This document shows, piece by piece, positions 1 to 9,402 of a stretch of DNA of 64,000 bases; position 1 is the first letter of the stretch; each line of letters starts with the position of its first letter. Below the pieces are notes generated by a model, which saw only the letters and a program-made list of their open reading frames with translations, was not told the origin of the DNA and did not search any database. The DNA comes from Methanothrix harundinacea (GTDB lineage Archaea; Halobacteriota; Methanosarcinia; Methanotrichales; Methanotrichaceae): positions 5,122 through 69,121 of the forward strand of contig LGFT01000007.1 of NCBI GenBank assembly GCA_001509375.1, written 5' to 3'. The position numbers and the translations under genes were made by a program.

Positions 1-59
1 GCGATGGCGGTATTCTCTGACGTGGGACGGCGATAGTGTAAGGACGAAAATGATTCAGT

Positions 60-105
60 ATGAATTTAACCGAAAAATTTATTACATATTAAGATATAGT
101 TGGTG
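60..105 (+). promoter_or_regulatory. BRE/TATA-like promoter element, copy 1 of a duplicated ~45-nt motif
   Basis: The sequence ATGAATTTAACCGAAAAATTTATTACATATTAAG has a purine-rich CGAAAA stretch followed directly by an A/T-rich TATA-like box. A closely related copy lies at 297-342. Confidence 0.4.
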
Positions 106-296
106 CTGGGGTGCGCTACACTCGCCATGCCATGACCTCCTAAATGACGGCATCCCTCAATAGGCCATTGCCCTCCCTCCAACCGGGGCGTCGTTCGTGG
201 GGCAAAGTCAACATCGAAACGGCGCCCCTCTTCTGCCATTTAATCGAGTCAGATTATCTATTCATGTGAATTTATCTAAACAAATTATTGATTAAT

Positions 297-342
297 ATGA
301 AATTCAACCGAAAATGTTATAAATAATTTGGTATAACTCTTG
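297..342 (+). promoter_or_regulatory. BRE/TATA-like promoter element, copy 2, upstream of the FmdE-like gene
   Basis: The sequence ATGAAATTCAACCGAAAATGTTATAAATAATTTGG shares the AACCGAAAA core with copy 1. Its TATA-like box (about 316-326) is correctly placed upstream of the GTG start at 403. Confidence 0.45.
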
Positions 343-402
343 TCGTCTTGCGTAGCATTAGTTATCAGCTCGCAAGTCCAGTTTCGAACAGCAGGTGATG
401 AT

Positions 403-1434
403 GTGAAGATCGATCGATTCGCAGTAACGATTCTCCTCCTCTTGGCCCTGGTCCCGATGGCCCTGGGCGACGGGGCGGATATGTACCAGCTCGGCGCGGA
501 TGCCGCAGACTACGCCATGGCTGAGCTGGGGTTTGAGAAGGGAGATGCGGACGTTCTGGCCATAACCAACGCCGGATATCCGGTGATAGATGGCGAGACC
601 ACCGACATGGCCCTGGACGCGGTGATGGAGATCACGGGCTGCTCTCCGGGAAAGGAGAACCTGATCAACATCCTCTCCGCCCCCTGGAAGCCCCTCTGGT
701 TTGGCTTCTTCAACGCCAACACCGGTGAGGCGGTCTACATGACGACGAACGCTGACGCATCAGGCTTTGACGTCCAGGCGAAGGATAAGATCGACGCTGA
801 GACGATCCTCGCCAACGTCTCCGCCTGGGAGCCGGGCGTCTTCGGCCACATGATGCCGATAGCCAACGTTTGGGCCCACGAGAATACCCCCTACGTCTTC
901 ATGAAGGCGGTCCAGCTCCATGACCACATCTGCCCCGGAGTCTCCAGCGGCTTCTTGCTCGCAAAGTACATGGAGAAGACTCTTCCCATCGAGGACCCAG
1001 CCAACCAGAGCTACAAGGTCATAGCCTGCCCCAACTGGTGCAAGGACGACTACTTCCAGATAGCCTGGGACTGCACCCCCGGCAAGAGCGGCCTCTTCGT
1101 CAAGAAGCTCACAGACGTTGAGACGAGCGCTCTAACAGATAAGTACGGAACAAGAGTCGCCGGAATATTCATCCGCTGGGACGGATCTTCCAACACCGGT
1201 GATGGCCTGGTCCTCGGGTTCGACTTTGACAAGGCCGGGAACATGAGCAACATCGACATCTGGCCGAGCTGGGCCTATCGGGTGAAGGAGGACATAGTCC
1301 TGATGGACGCCGCCGACACCCCCGAAGATTTCGTCTCCACCATCAAGGAGTTCAGTCTCTCGAACAACGGCGAGCTGGTCGCCCTCCAGAGCGCTGGCGT
1401 CAACCCCCTGAAGGTGCTGGGTGTAGAGACCTGA
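403..1434 (+). CDS. Exported FmdE-domain protein with two FmdE-like halves
   Basis: This is the 340..1434 ORF with the start moved to the in-frame GTG at 403, which follows a GGTGA Shine-Dalgarno-like site. That start gives a signal-peptide-like N-terminus (KIDRFAVTILLLLALVPMALG). The HICPGVSSGF motif and ...DCTPGKSG... are typical of FmdE. The first half carries ITGCSPGKENL but has no HxCPG. Confidence 0.6.
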   Translation: MKIDRFAVTILLLLALVPMALGDGADMYQLGADAADYAMAELGFEKGDADVLAITNAGYPVIDGETTDMALDAVMEITGCSPGKENLINILSAPWKPLWFGFFNANTGEAVYMTTNADASGFDVQAKDKIDAETILANVSAWEPGVFGHMMPIANVWAHENTPYVFMKAVQLHDHICPGVSSGFLLAKYMEKTLPIEDPANQSYKVIACPNWCKDDYFQIAWDCTPGKSGLFVKKLTDVETSALTDKYGTRVAGIFIRWDGSSNTGDGLVLGFDFDKAGNMSNIDIWPSWAYRVKEDIVLMDAADTPEDFVSTIKEFSLSNNGELVALQSAGVNPLKVLGVET

Positions 1435-1505
1435 AAACGATTTCGAGGATGGGATAATCGACCATCCTCCCTCCTTTTTTCCAACAAACCGAAGTTCTGA
1501 CGGCC

Positions 1506-2312
1506 TCAGCGCCCCTTCATCGCCACGAGGGCGCTGGCGAGCATGATCGGCCCTGAAAAATTCTTTCTCGCCCGACTCGAATCGACGAAGACCGGGTCCA
1601 TGATCACCGGGGCCCCGAAGCCTCTCGCTCCGGATAGAAGCATCAGGGTGCGGAAGATCAGGTTTCCGGATATGCCGTCGGGGGCGACGATCAGGTCGTC
1701 GCCGCGGCAGGTCTCGATGAGAATGCCCCTATGCTCGGCCCGGACGCCAGCGTCTCGGGCGAGCCTTGCCAAAAGCTCCGCCTCGGCGAGGGTCCGATCG
1801 ACCCGGTCGCACCTCCCCAGGTCCTCAAGCCTCCCGCCAGAGAGGATTGAGACCCCGGGGTCGACGTCCATTGACTTCAGGTACTCGGCCCCCTGGACCG
1901 CCAGTTTCAGCCGGTCGGATATGGAGTCTCCCTCATCGATCCCCACGGGAGCGAGGAAGAAGGACCAGTCGGGTAGGGCGAGAAGCGACAGCCTCCTCAC
2001 CCTCACTTCGAAGGTCTTGGAGATCCTGCTCATCACCCTGGTAGCGGAGAGGTTCCCCCTCACCGCCCCGTCGATCTCGCCTTTTTCCAGGAGGCCGACC
2101 AGGGTCGAGGCGGGATCTTCGGCCCTGATCTGCTCCAGCGTCCCTATATCGCAATCGGGGCCCGGATCGCCCACCATTACGATCTCGGCGTACTCCGATG
2201 CGGCCTCGATCCCTTCGATGATATTGAGGCCGCAGGTGTCAACGCCGATGCCGATCCTTGCCTGTCGGCCTTTGGCAGCCCGCTCCATCCGGTCCAGAAA
2301 CCCCGTGTCCAA
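1506..2312 (-). CDS. MtxX / methanogenesis-marker-4-like protein (phosphotransacetylase-fold related)
   Basis: A 268-aa ORF. The N-terminal RIGIGV...IIEGIEAA and the overall Gly/Asp-rich pattern resemble the methanogen MtxX family. It lies 4 nt downstream of the AIR-synthase-like gene. Confidence 0.45.
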   Translation of the reverse strand: MDTGFLDRMERAAKGRQARIGIGVDTCGLNIIEGIEAASEYAEIVMVGDPGPDCDIGTLEQIRAEDPASTLVGLLEKGEIDGAVRGNLSATRVMSRISKTFEVRVRRLSLLALPDWSFFLAPVGIDEGDSISDRLKLAVQGAEYLKSMDVDPGVSILSGGRLEDLGRCDRVDRTLAEAELLARLARDAGVRAEHRGILIETCRGDDLIVAPDGISGNLIFRTLMLLSGARGFGAPVIMDPVFVDSSRARKNFSGPIMLASALVAMKGR

Positions 2313-2316
2313 AGGA

Positions 2317-3282
2317 TCACCTTATCCCGGTGATATTCTCGCGATCGAAGTCGAAGAGGACGGCCCTCTCCCCGCGGGATTCGATCACCAGACGCCGCTC
2401 CTTCGTCACCTCGCCGACGACGGCAGCGGTGAGGCCCCGGTCCCTGAAGACCCTGGTGACCTCCTCGGCCTTCTCCTGCGGAGCCGTTACGACGAAGCCC
2501 ATCCCCGGATACATCCTCTGCCAGGCGAGCATCTCCATCCCCTGGGGCTTTGGGAGGAGGTCGAGGTGGACGACGGCTCCCGCCCGGCTCGACTCAAGAA
2601 GCATCCCCAGGGTTCCCAGCATTCCCGGATTGCTGATGTCCTTTCCTGCGGTGGCAAGCCTCCTCTCCCCCAGCACCCTCATCGATCCCAGCTGCTGCAG
2701 GAGAACTTCCCCGTCCTTGAAGCTGGTGGTGTCCCAGTTGATCGCAAAGCTGGGGTGGACTCGGCCGTCCAGGTCAACCCCGACGACGACGGAGTCGCCG
2801 GGCTCCGCCGTGCTGCTGAGGATCACAGCCCCCTTCTTCGCCTTGCCCAGGATGGCGACGTCCAGGGCGCTGTAGGGGGTGTCTGGATGGAAGTGGCCGC
2901 CGATGATCGGCACCTTGAACTTCTCGATCCCCCTTCTGAGGCCCCGGAGGACGTCTTCGGCGAGATCGGGCGAATCGACGGAGAAGACGTCCACCATGGC
3001 CACGGGCCATCCGCCCATCGCCGCGATATCGTGGACGTTCACCAATACTGCGCAGTAGCCGGCCCATTCGGCATCGGCCTCCAGAAGCCTGCTCCAGATT
3101 CCGTCGGCTGCGAGGAGCATCACCTCGTCGCCGTCGTCGATGACTGCCGCGTCCTCACCGAAAGAGGCTATGATCAGGTCTGAGTCCACGGGAAAGTGAC
3201 CGACCAGATCGCCGATGGCCTTCTTCCGGGTTATGCCCACAAACCCCCGAAGCTCGGCCGCTAGAGACTCAAGGTTCATCAA
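2317..3282 (-). CDS. AIR-synthase-related (PurM/ThiL/HypE fold) protein, methanogenesis-marker-2-like
   Basis: A 321-aa ORF. It has GEDAAVIDDG..., LLAADGIW and VNVHDIAAMGG motifs typical of the PurM-like ATP-binding superfamily. Confidence 0.55.
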   Translation of the reverse strand: MMNLESLAAELRGFVGITRKKAIGDLVGHFPVDSDLIIASFGEDAAVIDDGDEVMLLAADGIWSRLLEADAEWAGYCAVLVNVHDIAAMGGWPVAMVDVFSVDSPDLAEDVLRGLRRGIEKFKVPIIGGHFHPDTPYSALDVAILGKAKKGAVILSSTAEPGDSVVVGVDLDGRVHPSFAINWDTTSFKDGEVLLQQLGSMRVLGERRLATAGKDISNPGMLGTLGMLLESSRAGAVVHLDLLPKPQGMEMLAWQRMYPGMGFVVTAPQEKAEEVTRVFRDRGLTAAVVGEVTKERRLVIESRGERAVLFDFDRENITGIR

Positions 3283-3374
3283 TCATCGAGAAAACCCCGG
3301 AAGAAAAATAGCTGACGGTTTGATAAGAGACCCTACGAGCCGAGGTTATGGTGAGACTTATTTGTATACTGACA

Positions 3375-4340
3375 TTAATTAGATCCCCTCTTCCGATGCT
3401 CAGAGCCGATCCCGAAGACCTGCTCCAGGGAGTCGATGGCCTTCTCCTGGACCGCCGAGGGGCACTTAACGCAGGCCTCTTGGAGGTGCTCGATCGCCCC
3501 GGGATCTCCTATCTCTCCCAGGCTCCAGGCGGCCCATGCCCTGATCTCCTCGTCATCTTCGCCGAACATGACATCGACTAGCTGGTCGAGGGCGTCGGCG
3601 AGGCCGATCTCCCCGAGGGCGGTGACGGCCGAAAGCCTCACCTGGGGATGCTCATCCCCGAGCAGGGCGAGGGCCATCCTGCAGGCCTTCTCGCCGCCGA
3701 TGGTGGCGAGGGCCTTGGCGGCAGTCATCCTGACTATGTGGCTTTCATCTTCAAGGGCTGACGAGAGAAGAGGAGTAGCCGCAGTCGTTCTCATCTCCCC
3801 AAGAGACCAGGCCACCCTCCTCCTCAGCTCGGCGTCTTCGTCTTCGATTAATGAAGCCACCATCTCCATCGACTCGATGCACCTGAGGCGGCCGAGGCCC
3901 ACCGCCGCCATCTGTTTAGCCTCTAAATCGCCCTCCTCGAGGAGTTCCATGAAGGCGTCGGCGGCTCCGAAGGTCACGAGGGCGAGGGAGGACCTGAGCC
4001 TCACGTCCCTGGACGAGTCAGACGCGAGGGACTGGGCCAGGGTGGGGACAACCCGACGGTCACCGATCGTCTCCAGAGACGAGGCCGCCCACTCCCTAAC
4101 CGATGGGTCCTCGTCCTCAATGAGGGCTCGGGCGAGGGGGTCTAGGGCTCTCTTGTCCCCGATCTTACCCAGAGCCCAGGCCGCCTTGAACCTCACCTGG
4201 GGGTTTTTGTCCCTCTCCAGCGCTGCTAGGAGGGGCTCTACTGCCTCGCTGCCCGCCTCCACCAACTTCCATGCGGCGCTCTGCCTCTCGAAGTAGTCAT
4301 CGCTTCCAAGGATCAGAACCAGTTCTGAAAGGGGCTGCAT
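3375..4340 (-). CDS. HEAT / PBS-lyase-type repeat protein
   Basis: A 321-aa ORF. A ~31-aa repeat recurs throughout (...D.D..VR..AA.ALG.IGD..A...L...L.D), which is typical of HEAT_PBS repeats. Confidence 0.8.
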   Translation of the reverse strand: MQPLSELVLILGSDDYFERQSAAWKLVEAGSEAVEPLLAALERDKNPQVRFKAAWALGKIGDKRALDPLARALIEDEDPSVREWAASSLETIGDRRVVPTLAQSLASDSSRDVRLRSSLALVTFGAADAFMELLEEGDLEAKQMAAVGLGRLRCIESMEMVASLIEDEDAELRRRVAWSLGEMRTTAATPLLSSALEDESHIVRMTAAKALATIGGEKACRMALALLGDEHPQVRLSAVTALGEIGLADALDQLVDVMFGEDDEEIRAWAAWSLGEIGDPGAIEHLQEACVKCPSAVQEKAIDSLEQVFGIGSEHRKRGSN

Positions 4341-4584
4341 GCATCAACCTCCGGCCTTCAGTCCTTTAAGCTTTGCCCGATCTACCGCGCCTTTGTCCGC
4401 TCTCAGTTTCGACGGAGGAGCAACTGTCAAAAATCCCGAATCCGAGCCGAGAATCCTGAGATTTGGACTGATATCATGCTAAATCGTTATATCTATCTTC
4501 TGAGAAGATGATCTGAGATCTGAAAGACTAAATGGATTTCAAAGACCAGAAAATGTAGGATCCTTCGGAGGAGTTGTCGGCGAG

Positions 4585-7500
4585 ATGATCTATGAAATTC
4601 TGGAAGGAAAGATCGAAAAAGCTCAAAAGCAGATCAGAGAGCTCTGTCGAGAGGACGGCCTCTCCAAAGAAGAGCTGGCAGGTGGCCTGGAAGATCTCTC
4701 TGCCACCCTGGACGCCCTCCGAAGATCAGGAGAGATGCTCCAACAAAGAAATGACGATCTCGAGTCGTCGGAAGAAATTCTTCGAAGGTCGATGGAGAGA
4801 TACCAAGCCCTGGTGGAGAAGATGGACAGCGTGATCTACGTCGTTGAACCCCAGGGGATGATCACCTACGTCAGTCCCACCATCGAGAGGATGTTGGGCT
4901 ACTCCGTCGAGGAGATCCTGGGTCAGAGCGTCTACCAGTTTCTCCACCCCGATGACATAAGCATCTTTGAAACCTGGTTGAAGAGAGCTCTTGACGGCAG
5001 ATCTAAACCCAGCGAATTCAGATTCATCGACAAAAGAGGCATTGTTCACGTCGTTAGAACCTACGGAAGGCCTATCATCGAAGGTGGCGAGTTGAGGGGG
5101 CTCAACGGGATCATGTTGGACATGACAAATCAGAAGAAGGCCCAAGCTGCCCCCAAGATGAGCGAAGAACGCCTCAACACCGCCATCGTGGGGGCGGACC
5201 TCGCCATCTGGAGCTGGGACCTATTGACGGACGTAGTGACTCACAACGACCGGTACGCCGAGATGATCAACCTCCGTCTAGGCGAAAAGAGCGATTTAAA
5301 TTCCTGGAAGAGGTCGATCCATCCCGATGATCTGCCCATTGTTGAGGCGAGCTTACAGGACATCTATGAGGGAAGGACTTCCCACTTCGACGTCGACTAC
5401 AGAACGGTCTCCACTGGCGGGGATTGCATATGGATCCAAGATCGTGGGCTCGTGGTGAAGAGGGACGCCGAGGGAAACCCCACGAAGATGGCAGGGACGA
5501 TGCAGGACATCTCCTGGCGGAAAAAAATGGAAGAATCGATCTTAGAGGCCTCGGATAAGCTGAAGAAGCTGGAGAGGATTGTCAACCGCAGCCCTGCCAT
5601 CGCCTTCATCCAGCGCATTCCTTTTGGAGGGCCGGTCGAGTTCGTATCCGAAAACGTCAGCCAATTAGGATACACCCCCGAAGATTTTTATTCAGGAGCC
5701 ATTTCGTTTGATGAGGACTTAGTCCATTATGAAGATCTAGAGCTGATATTCTCCGAATTGAACCGGCAGATCGAGGATGGATCCAACAGCTTCTATCAGG
5801 AGTTCAGGGTCCTCACTTCGTCTGATGACGTCCGATGGCTTGCCAGTAATGTCTGGATCGGCCGGGATGAAGACGGTGCCGTGACCGCCGTTGAGGGGAT
5901 CGCTCTCGACATAACGGATCGGAAAAAGATGGAGATGGCCCTGACGGAGAGCGAACGGAGGTTCAGAGAGATGGCAGATACCCTGCCCCAGCCTATCTTC
6001 GAATGCGACCTTCAGGGGAACGTCACTTTCGCCAATCAAACCGCTTTCGACCTTTATGGGTACGAACGCCAGGACCTTAAGAAGGGCGTCAGCATCTTTC
6101 AGGTATTCGCCTACGAAGACCGAGAAAATATGATGAAGAATTTCCAGAAGAGTCTGAGCCAGGATCGGGTCTTCACTTACGAATATACAGGGCTCAAAAA
6201 GGAGGGCACGACCTTCCACTTCATCGTCTACTCCCGGCCGATAATCCGCGAGGGCCGTCCCGTGGGGCTGAGGGGCACCATCGTCGACATAACCGAACGG
6301 AAACGTGTAGAGGAGAACATAAAGCAGCTGGCAGACCTGAGCGAACAGCTCGTCGAGATCGGAAGCCCCATGATCTATGTGATCGATAGAAATAGGAGGA
6401 TATTCCTCTGGAACCGGTCAGCCGAGGAGGTCACCGGATACTCCGCCCAGGAGGTGATGGGGGACGAAGAGATCTGGATGACCCTCATCCCCGACCCGAC
6501 GGAGCGGGATGCGTTCCTCAGAACCCTGGAAGGGATCGAGATCGGCAGAACGGCAGAAGGGCAGAGGACGAAGATTCAGATAAAGTCGGGCGAGGATAGG
6601 GTGATATCCTGGGGCGGCATAAATCTCGAAGATAGCGACGGAAATAGGATAGGAATCGTGATCACTGCCCAGGACATGACCGAATATGCGAGGATGGAAG
6701 AGGAGATCCGCTCAGAACGGGAATTTTCTAGGGGGATAATCGAGGGAGCTGACCTCTTCATCGTCGGTCTCGACCCCCAGGGGAGGATTACCCTCTTCAA
6801 CCGGGGGGCTGAGAACGTCACAGGCCTTCCCGCAAGAGAGGTGATGGGGAGCAACTTTTACGAGCATTTCATAGCTGAAACCGATAGAGAGGCCTTTGAA
6901 ATTCACGTATCAACGATATTTGAGGGAAAGTCAGCGGGGCAGACAGAGGCTGCCGTCATCACTCGGACGGGAGACGAGATGGCGGTCCAGTGGGGTTGGA
7001 GCGTCATCAGAAGCCAAACGAATGAGATAGAGAGGGTGATCGCCTTCGGACACGACATATCTTACGACCGGTGGCTGGAAGAGCAGATGCTCCTCTTCAT
7101 GGACGCCATCGAGTCCTCCAACGACGGGATTGCCATCTTCGGTAAATTCAACCACCTCCTCTTCGCAAATCCGGCCCTTCTGGAGATGTTCGGGTTCACG
7201 CTGGAAGAGGTCCGAGGAAGACACTACAAAGACTTCATCCTGGACTTCGAGGACGGAGATCTGTCAAAGGAAGTGAAAAACGGCAGTCGGTGGAGGATAA
7301 CCTGTGTGAGGAAGGACGGATCCACCTTCCCTGCATCCATCAGCTTTGCCCCCGTCAATAACAGAGACGGAAAGCCCATGGCCACGATAGCCGTGGCGAG
7401 AGACATATCAGAGTCCATAGAGTACGAACAGAAGCTAGAGACCCTCAACCGCGAGCTTGAGAGCTTCGCCTATACCATATCTCACGACCTGAGAGCACCC

Positions 7501-8145
7501 CTCCGAGGCATCCAGGGGTTTGCCCTCGCCCTCCAGGAGGACTATGGCGAGAGACTCGACGATAATGGCAGAAGGTACCTTGGCAGGATCGGAACGATCG
7601 CGGCAAACATGGATCGTCTGATCCTGGACCTCTTGGACTACTCCAGGATAGGAAGGATAGTATCTCCCCCACAGGAGGTCGACATGAAAAAGCTGATCGT
7701 CGAAGCTTATACGGAGGTAAAATCGATGGCAGAGGGCAAACCCGTCTTTCTCTCTCTTGAGGGGGATTTCCCGGTGATCAGCTGTGAGAGGAGCCGGACA
7801 AAACAGATCTTCACCAATCTTCTTGAGAACAGCCTGAAATATTCGAATGAAGAGATAGAGATCGAGGTAGGGTGCATCGATCGAGATGGCGTCTACGAGT
7901 TCTGGGTCAGGGACAACGGCATTGGTTTCGATGTGAAGTATCACGACAAGATATTCGACCCCTTCACGAGGCTTGAGAGGTCTGGGGAAGGGTCGGGGAT
8001 AGGACTTGCCACCGTAAAGAAGATCGTCGAGACCTGCAGAGGAAAGATTTGGGCAGAATCGGTCCCCGGGGAAGGTAGCATCTTCAGGTTCACTATCCCA
8101 AAAGAGAGGGGAGGAGCATCGCCGTCACCTTCAAAGGGAAAATAG
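4585..8145 (+). CDS. Multi-PAS sensor histidine kinase
   Basis: A 1186-aa ORF. It has an N-terminal coiled coil and many PAS/PAC repeats (recurrent ...DITERK/DITDRKK... boundaries). The H-box is FAYTISHDLRAPLR and the C-terminal HATPase has N/G boxes (NLLENSLKY, RDNGIGF, GSGIGLA). Confidence 0.9.
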   Translation: MIYEILEGKIEKAQKQIRELCREDGLSKEELAGGLEDLSATLDALRRSGEMLQQRNDDLESSEEILRRSMERYQALVEKMDSVIYVVEPQGMITYVSPTIERMLGYSVEEILGQSVYQFLHPDDISIFETWLKRALDGRSKPSEFRFIDKRGIVHVVRTYGRPIIEGGELRGLNGIMLDMTNQKKAQAAPKMSEERLNTAIVGADLAIWSWDLLTDVVTHNDRYAEMINLRLGEKSDLNSWKRSIHPDDLPIVEASLQDIYEGRTSHFDVDYRTVSTGGDCIWIQDRGLVVKRDAEGNPTKMAGTMQDISWRKKMEESILEASDKLKKLERIVNRSPAIAFIQRIPFGGPVEFVSENVSQLGYTPEDFYSGAISFDEDLVHYEDLELIFSELNRQIEDGSNSFYQEFRVLTSSDDVRWLASNVWIGRDEDGAVTAVEGIALDITDRKKMEMALTESERRFREMADTLPQPIFECDLQGNVTFANQTAFDLYGYERQDLKKGVSIFQVFAYEDRENMMKNFQKSLSQDRVFTYEYTGLKKEGTTFHFIVYSRPIIREGRPVGLRGTIVDITERKRVEENIKQLADLSEQLVEIGSPMIYVIDRNRRIFLWNRSAEEVTGYSAQEVMGDEEIWMTLIPDPTERDAFLRTLEGIEIGRTAEGQRTKIQIKSGEDRVISWGGINLEDSDGNRIGIVITAQDMTEYARMEEEIRSEREFSRGIIEGADLFIVGLDPQGRITLFNRGAENVTGLPAREVMGSNFYEHFIAETDREAFEIHVSTIFEGKSAGQTEAAVITRTGDEMAVQWGWSVIRSQTNEIERVIAFGHDISYDRWLEEQMLLFMDAIESSNDGIAIFGKFNHLLFANPALLEMFGFTLEEVRGRHYKDFILDFEDGDLSKEVKNGSRWRITCVRKDGSTFPASISFAPVNNRDGKPMATIAVARDISESIEYEQKLETLNRELESFAYTISHDLRAPLRGIQGFALALQEDYGERLDDNGRRYLGRIGTIAANMDRLILDLLDYSRIGRIVSPPQEVDMKKLIVEAYTEVKSMAEGKPVFLSLEGDFPVISCERSRTKQIFTNLLENSLKYSNEEIEIEVGCIDRDGVYEFWVRDNGIGFDVKYHDKIFDPFTRLERSGEGSGIGLATVKKIVETCRGKIWAESVPGEGSIFRFTIPKERGGASPSPSKGK

Positions 8146-8153
8146 AAATTCCG

Positions 8154-9332
8154 TCAAGACAATTTGTCAGTCTCGACCAACCGCAAAGCCCTCCTGGTCA
8201 GTATGTATATGGGAATGGTGGTGCCAACGCCTATCCCCCCACCCAGGAGAAAGACGGCGCCTATCGAGAACGCATCCATCACCACCCCTCCCAGAAGAGG
8301 CGCGGTGATCATCCCAAGGCTCATGGCGGTGTTGTACGCCCCCATAGAGGTACCCATCCCGATCTTTTTTCCGATCTTCACCGTTATGGCCATCAAAGCC
8401 GGCATCATCAAAGCACTTCCGAGGCCGTTGACTGAGGCGACAAAGAAGAGATCCAAAAAGGAGCTGCTCTTTGGGATCAGAGTGAGGCTTCCGGCGGAGA
8501 CGATCGATCCCGTGAGGATCATCTTGGTGGCAGATCCCCTGTCAGCCATCCTTCCCAGGGGTATCTGAAATATCGCCATTAAGAAGATGGAGGCGGTGAG
8601 GATCAGGCCGACCTCGCCGGGGACCACTGAGATCTCGGGGGCGAAGAGGGGCATGAATACGAGGAGGGCTCCGCGAGCTATCGCGTTAATGGCCGTGAAG
8701 GCGAGAACCGCAGGAACCGCGGGCTGGCTGAATGCATCTCGAAAGGAGATTCTCATCCTCCCCGACGATGATCGCCCTTCCGTCTCGGGGAGGAAGGCGA
8801 CGATCACCAGAAACGAGAGGGCCGAGAGGCTCGCCATGGCGTAGAACGCCGAAGAAAAACCGAAGGCGTCGTTCAGAACTCCGCCCAGGAGGGGTCCGGA
8901 TCCGAGGCCCAAGAAGAAGGAGACCTGAAACTTGGCCATATAGGTTCCCTCCTCCCCACTCTTCGAGAGGTCGCCGATGTAGGCCATGGCGATGGGAACT
9001 ACCATCGCTGAGGCTATGCCGTGAAAAAACCGGACGGCAGTGAGGGAATAGACGCTCCCGGCCGTCACATAGCCCAGAGAGAGTATGGCGTAGGCGAAGA
9101 GGCCTGCGACGATGAACTTCTTTCGTCCCGACTTGTCAGAGAGCCTTCCGACGATGGGCATGAATATCGCCCGGGCGGCCGCAAAACCCGAAAAGATCAT
9201 CCCGATCCAGAGCCCCGATGCCCCGAGGTTGTCGGCGTAGATGGGAAGGAGGGGGCCGACTATGCCCAGGCCCAGCATGGCGGCGAAAACCGATATGAAG
9301 AGGACGTCAAATTGCCTTTTATCCGAATTCAT
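8154..9332 (-). CDS. MFS transporter
   Basis: A 392-aa ORF with about 12 hydrophobic segments. The MFS loop motif GRLSDKSGRKK sits between TM2 and TM3. Confidence 0.8.
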   Translation of the reverse strand: MNSDKRQFDVLFISVFAAMLGLGIVGPLLPIYADNLGASGLWIGMIFSGFAAARAIFMPIVGRLSDKSGRKKFIVAGLFAYAILSLGYVTAGSVYSLTAVRFFHGIASAMVVPIAMAYIGDLSKSGEEGTYMAKFQVSFFLGLGSGPLLGGVLNDAFGFSSAFYAMASLSALSFLVIVAFLPETEGRSSSGRMRISFRDAFSQPAVPAVLAFTAINAIARGALLVFMPLFAPEISVVPGEVGLILTASIFLMAIFQIPLGRMADRGSATKMILTGSIVSAGSLTLIPKSSSFLDLFFVASVNGLGSALMMPALMAITVKIGKKIGMGTSMGAYNTAMSLGMITAPLLGGVVMDAFSIGAVFLLGGGIGVGTTIPIYILTRRALRLVETDKLS

Positions 9333-9402
9333 AAGCCGATCCCCAAATTTGAGGTTCCCTTTGCATAGAAGGAGTCAAACCCCCTCCAGATCTCATCAAA
9401 AC

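Noticed and set aside
1543-3183. 546-aa plus-strand ORF
   Set aside because: It is antisense to two well-supported minus-strand genes (MtxX-like and AIR-synthase-like). Its composition is Pro/Arg/Ser-rich and low-complexity, typical of shadow ORFs in GC-rich DNA.
3436-4296. 286-aa plus-strand ORF
   Set aside because: It is antisense to the HEAT-repeat gene and its sequence is Ser/Ala/Arg low-complexity.
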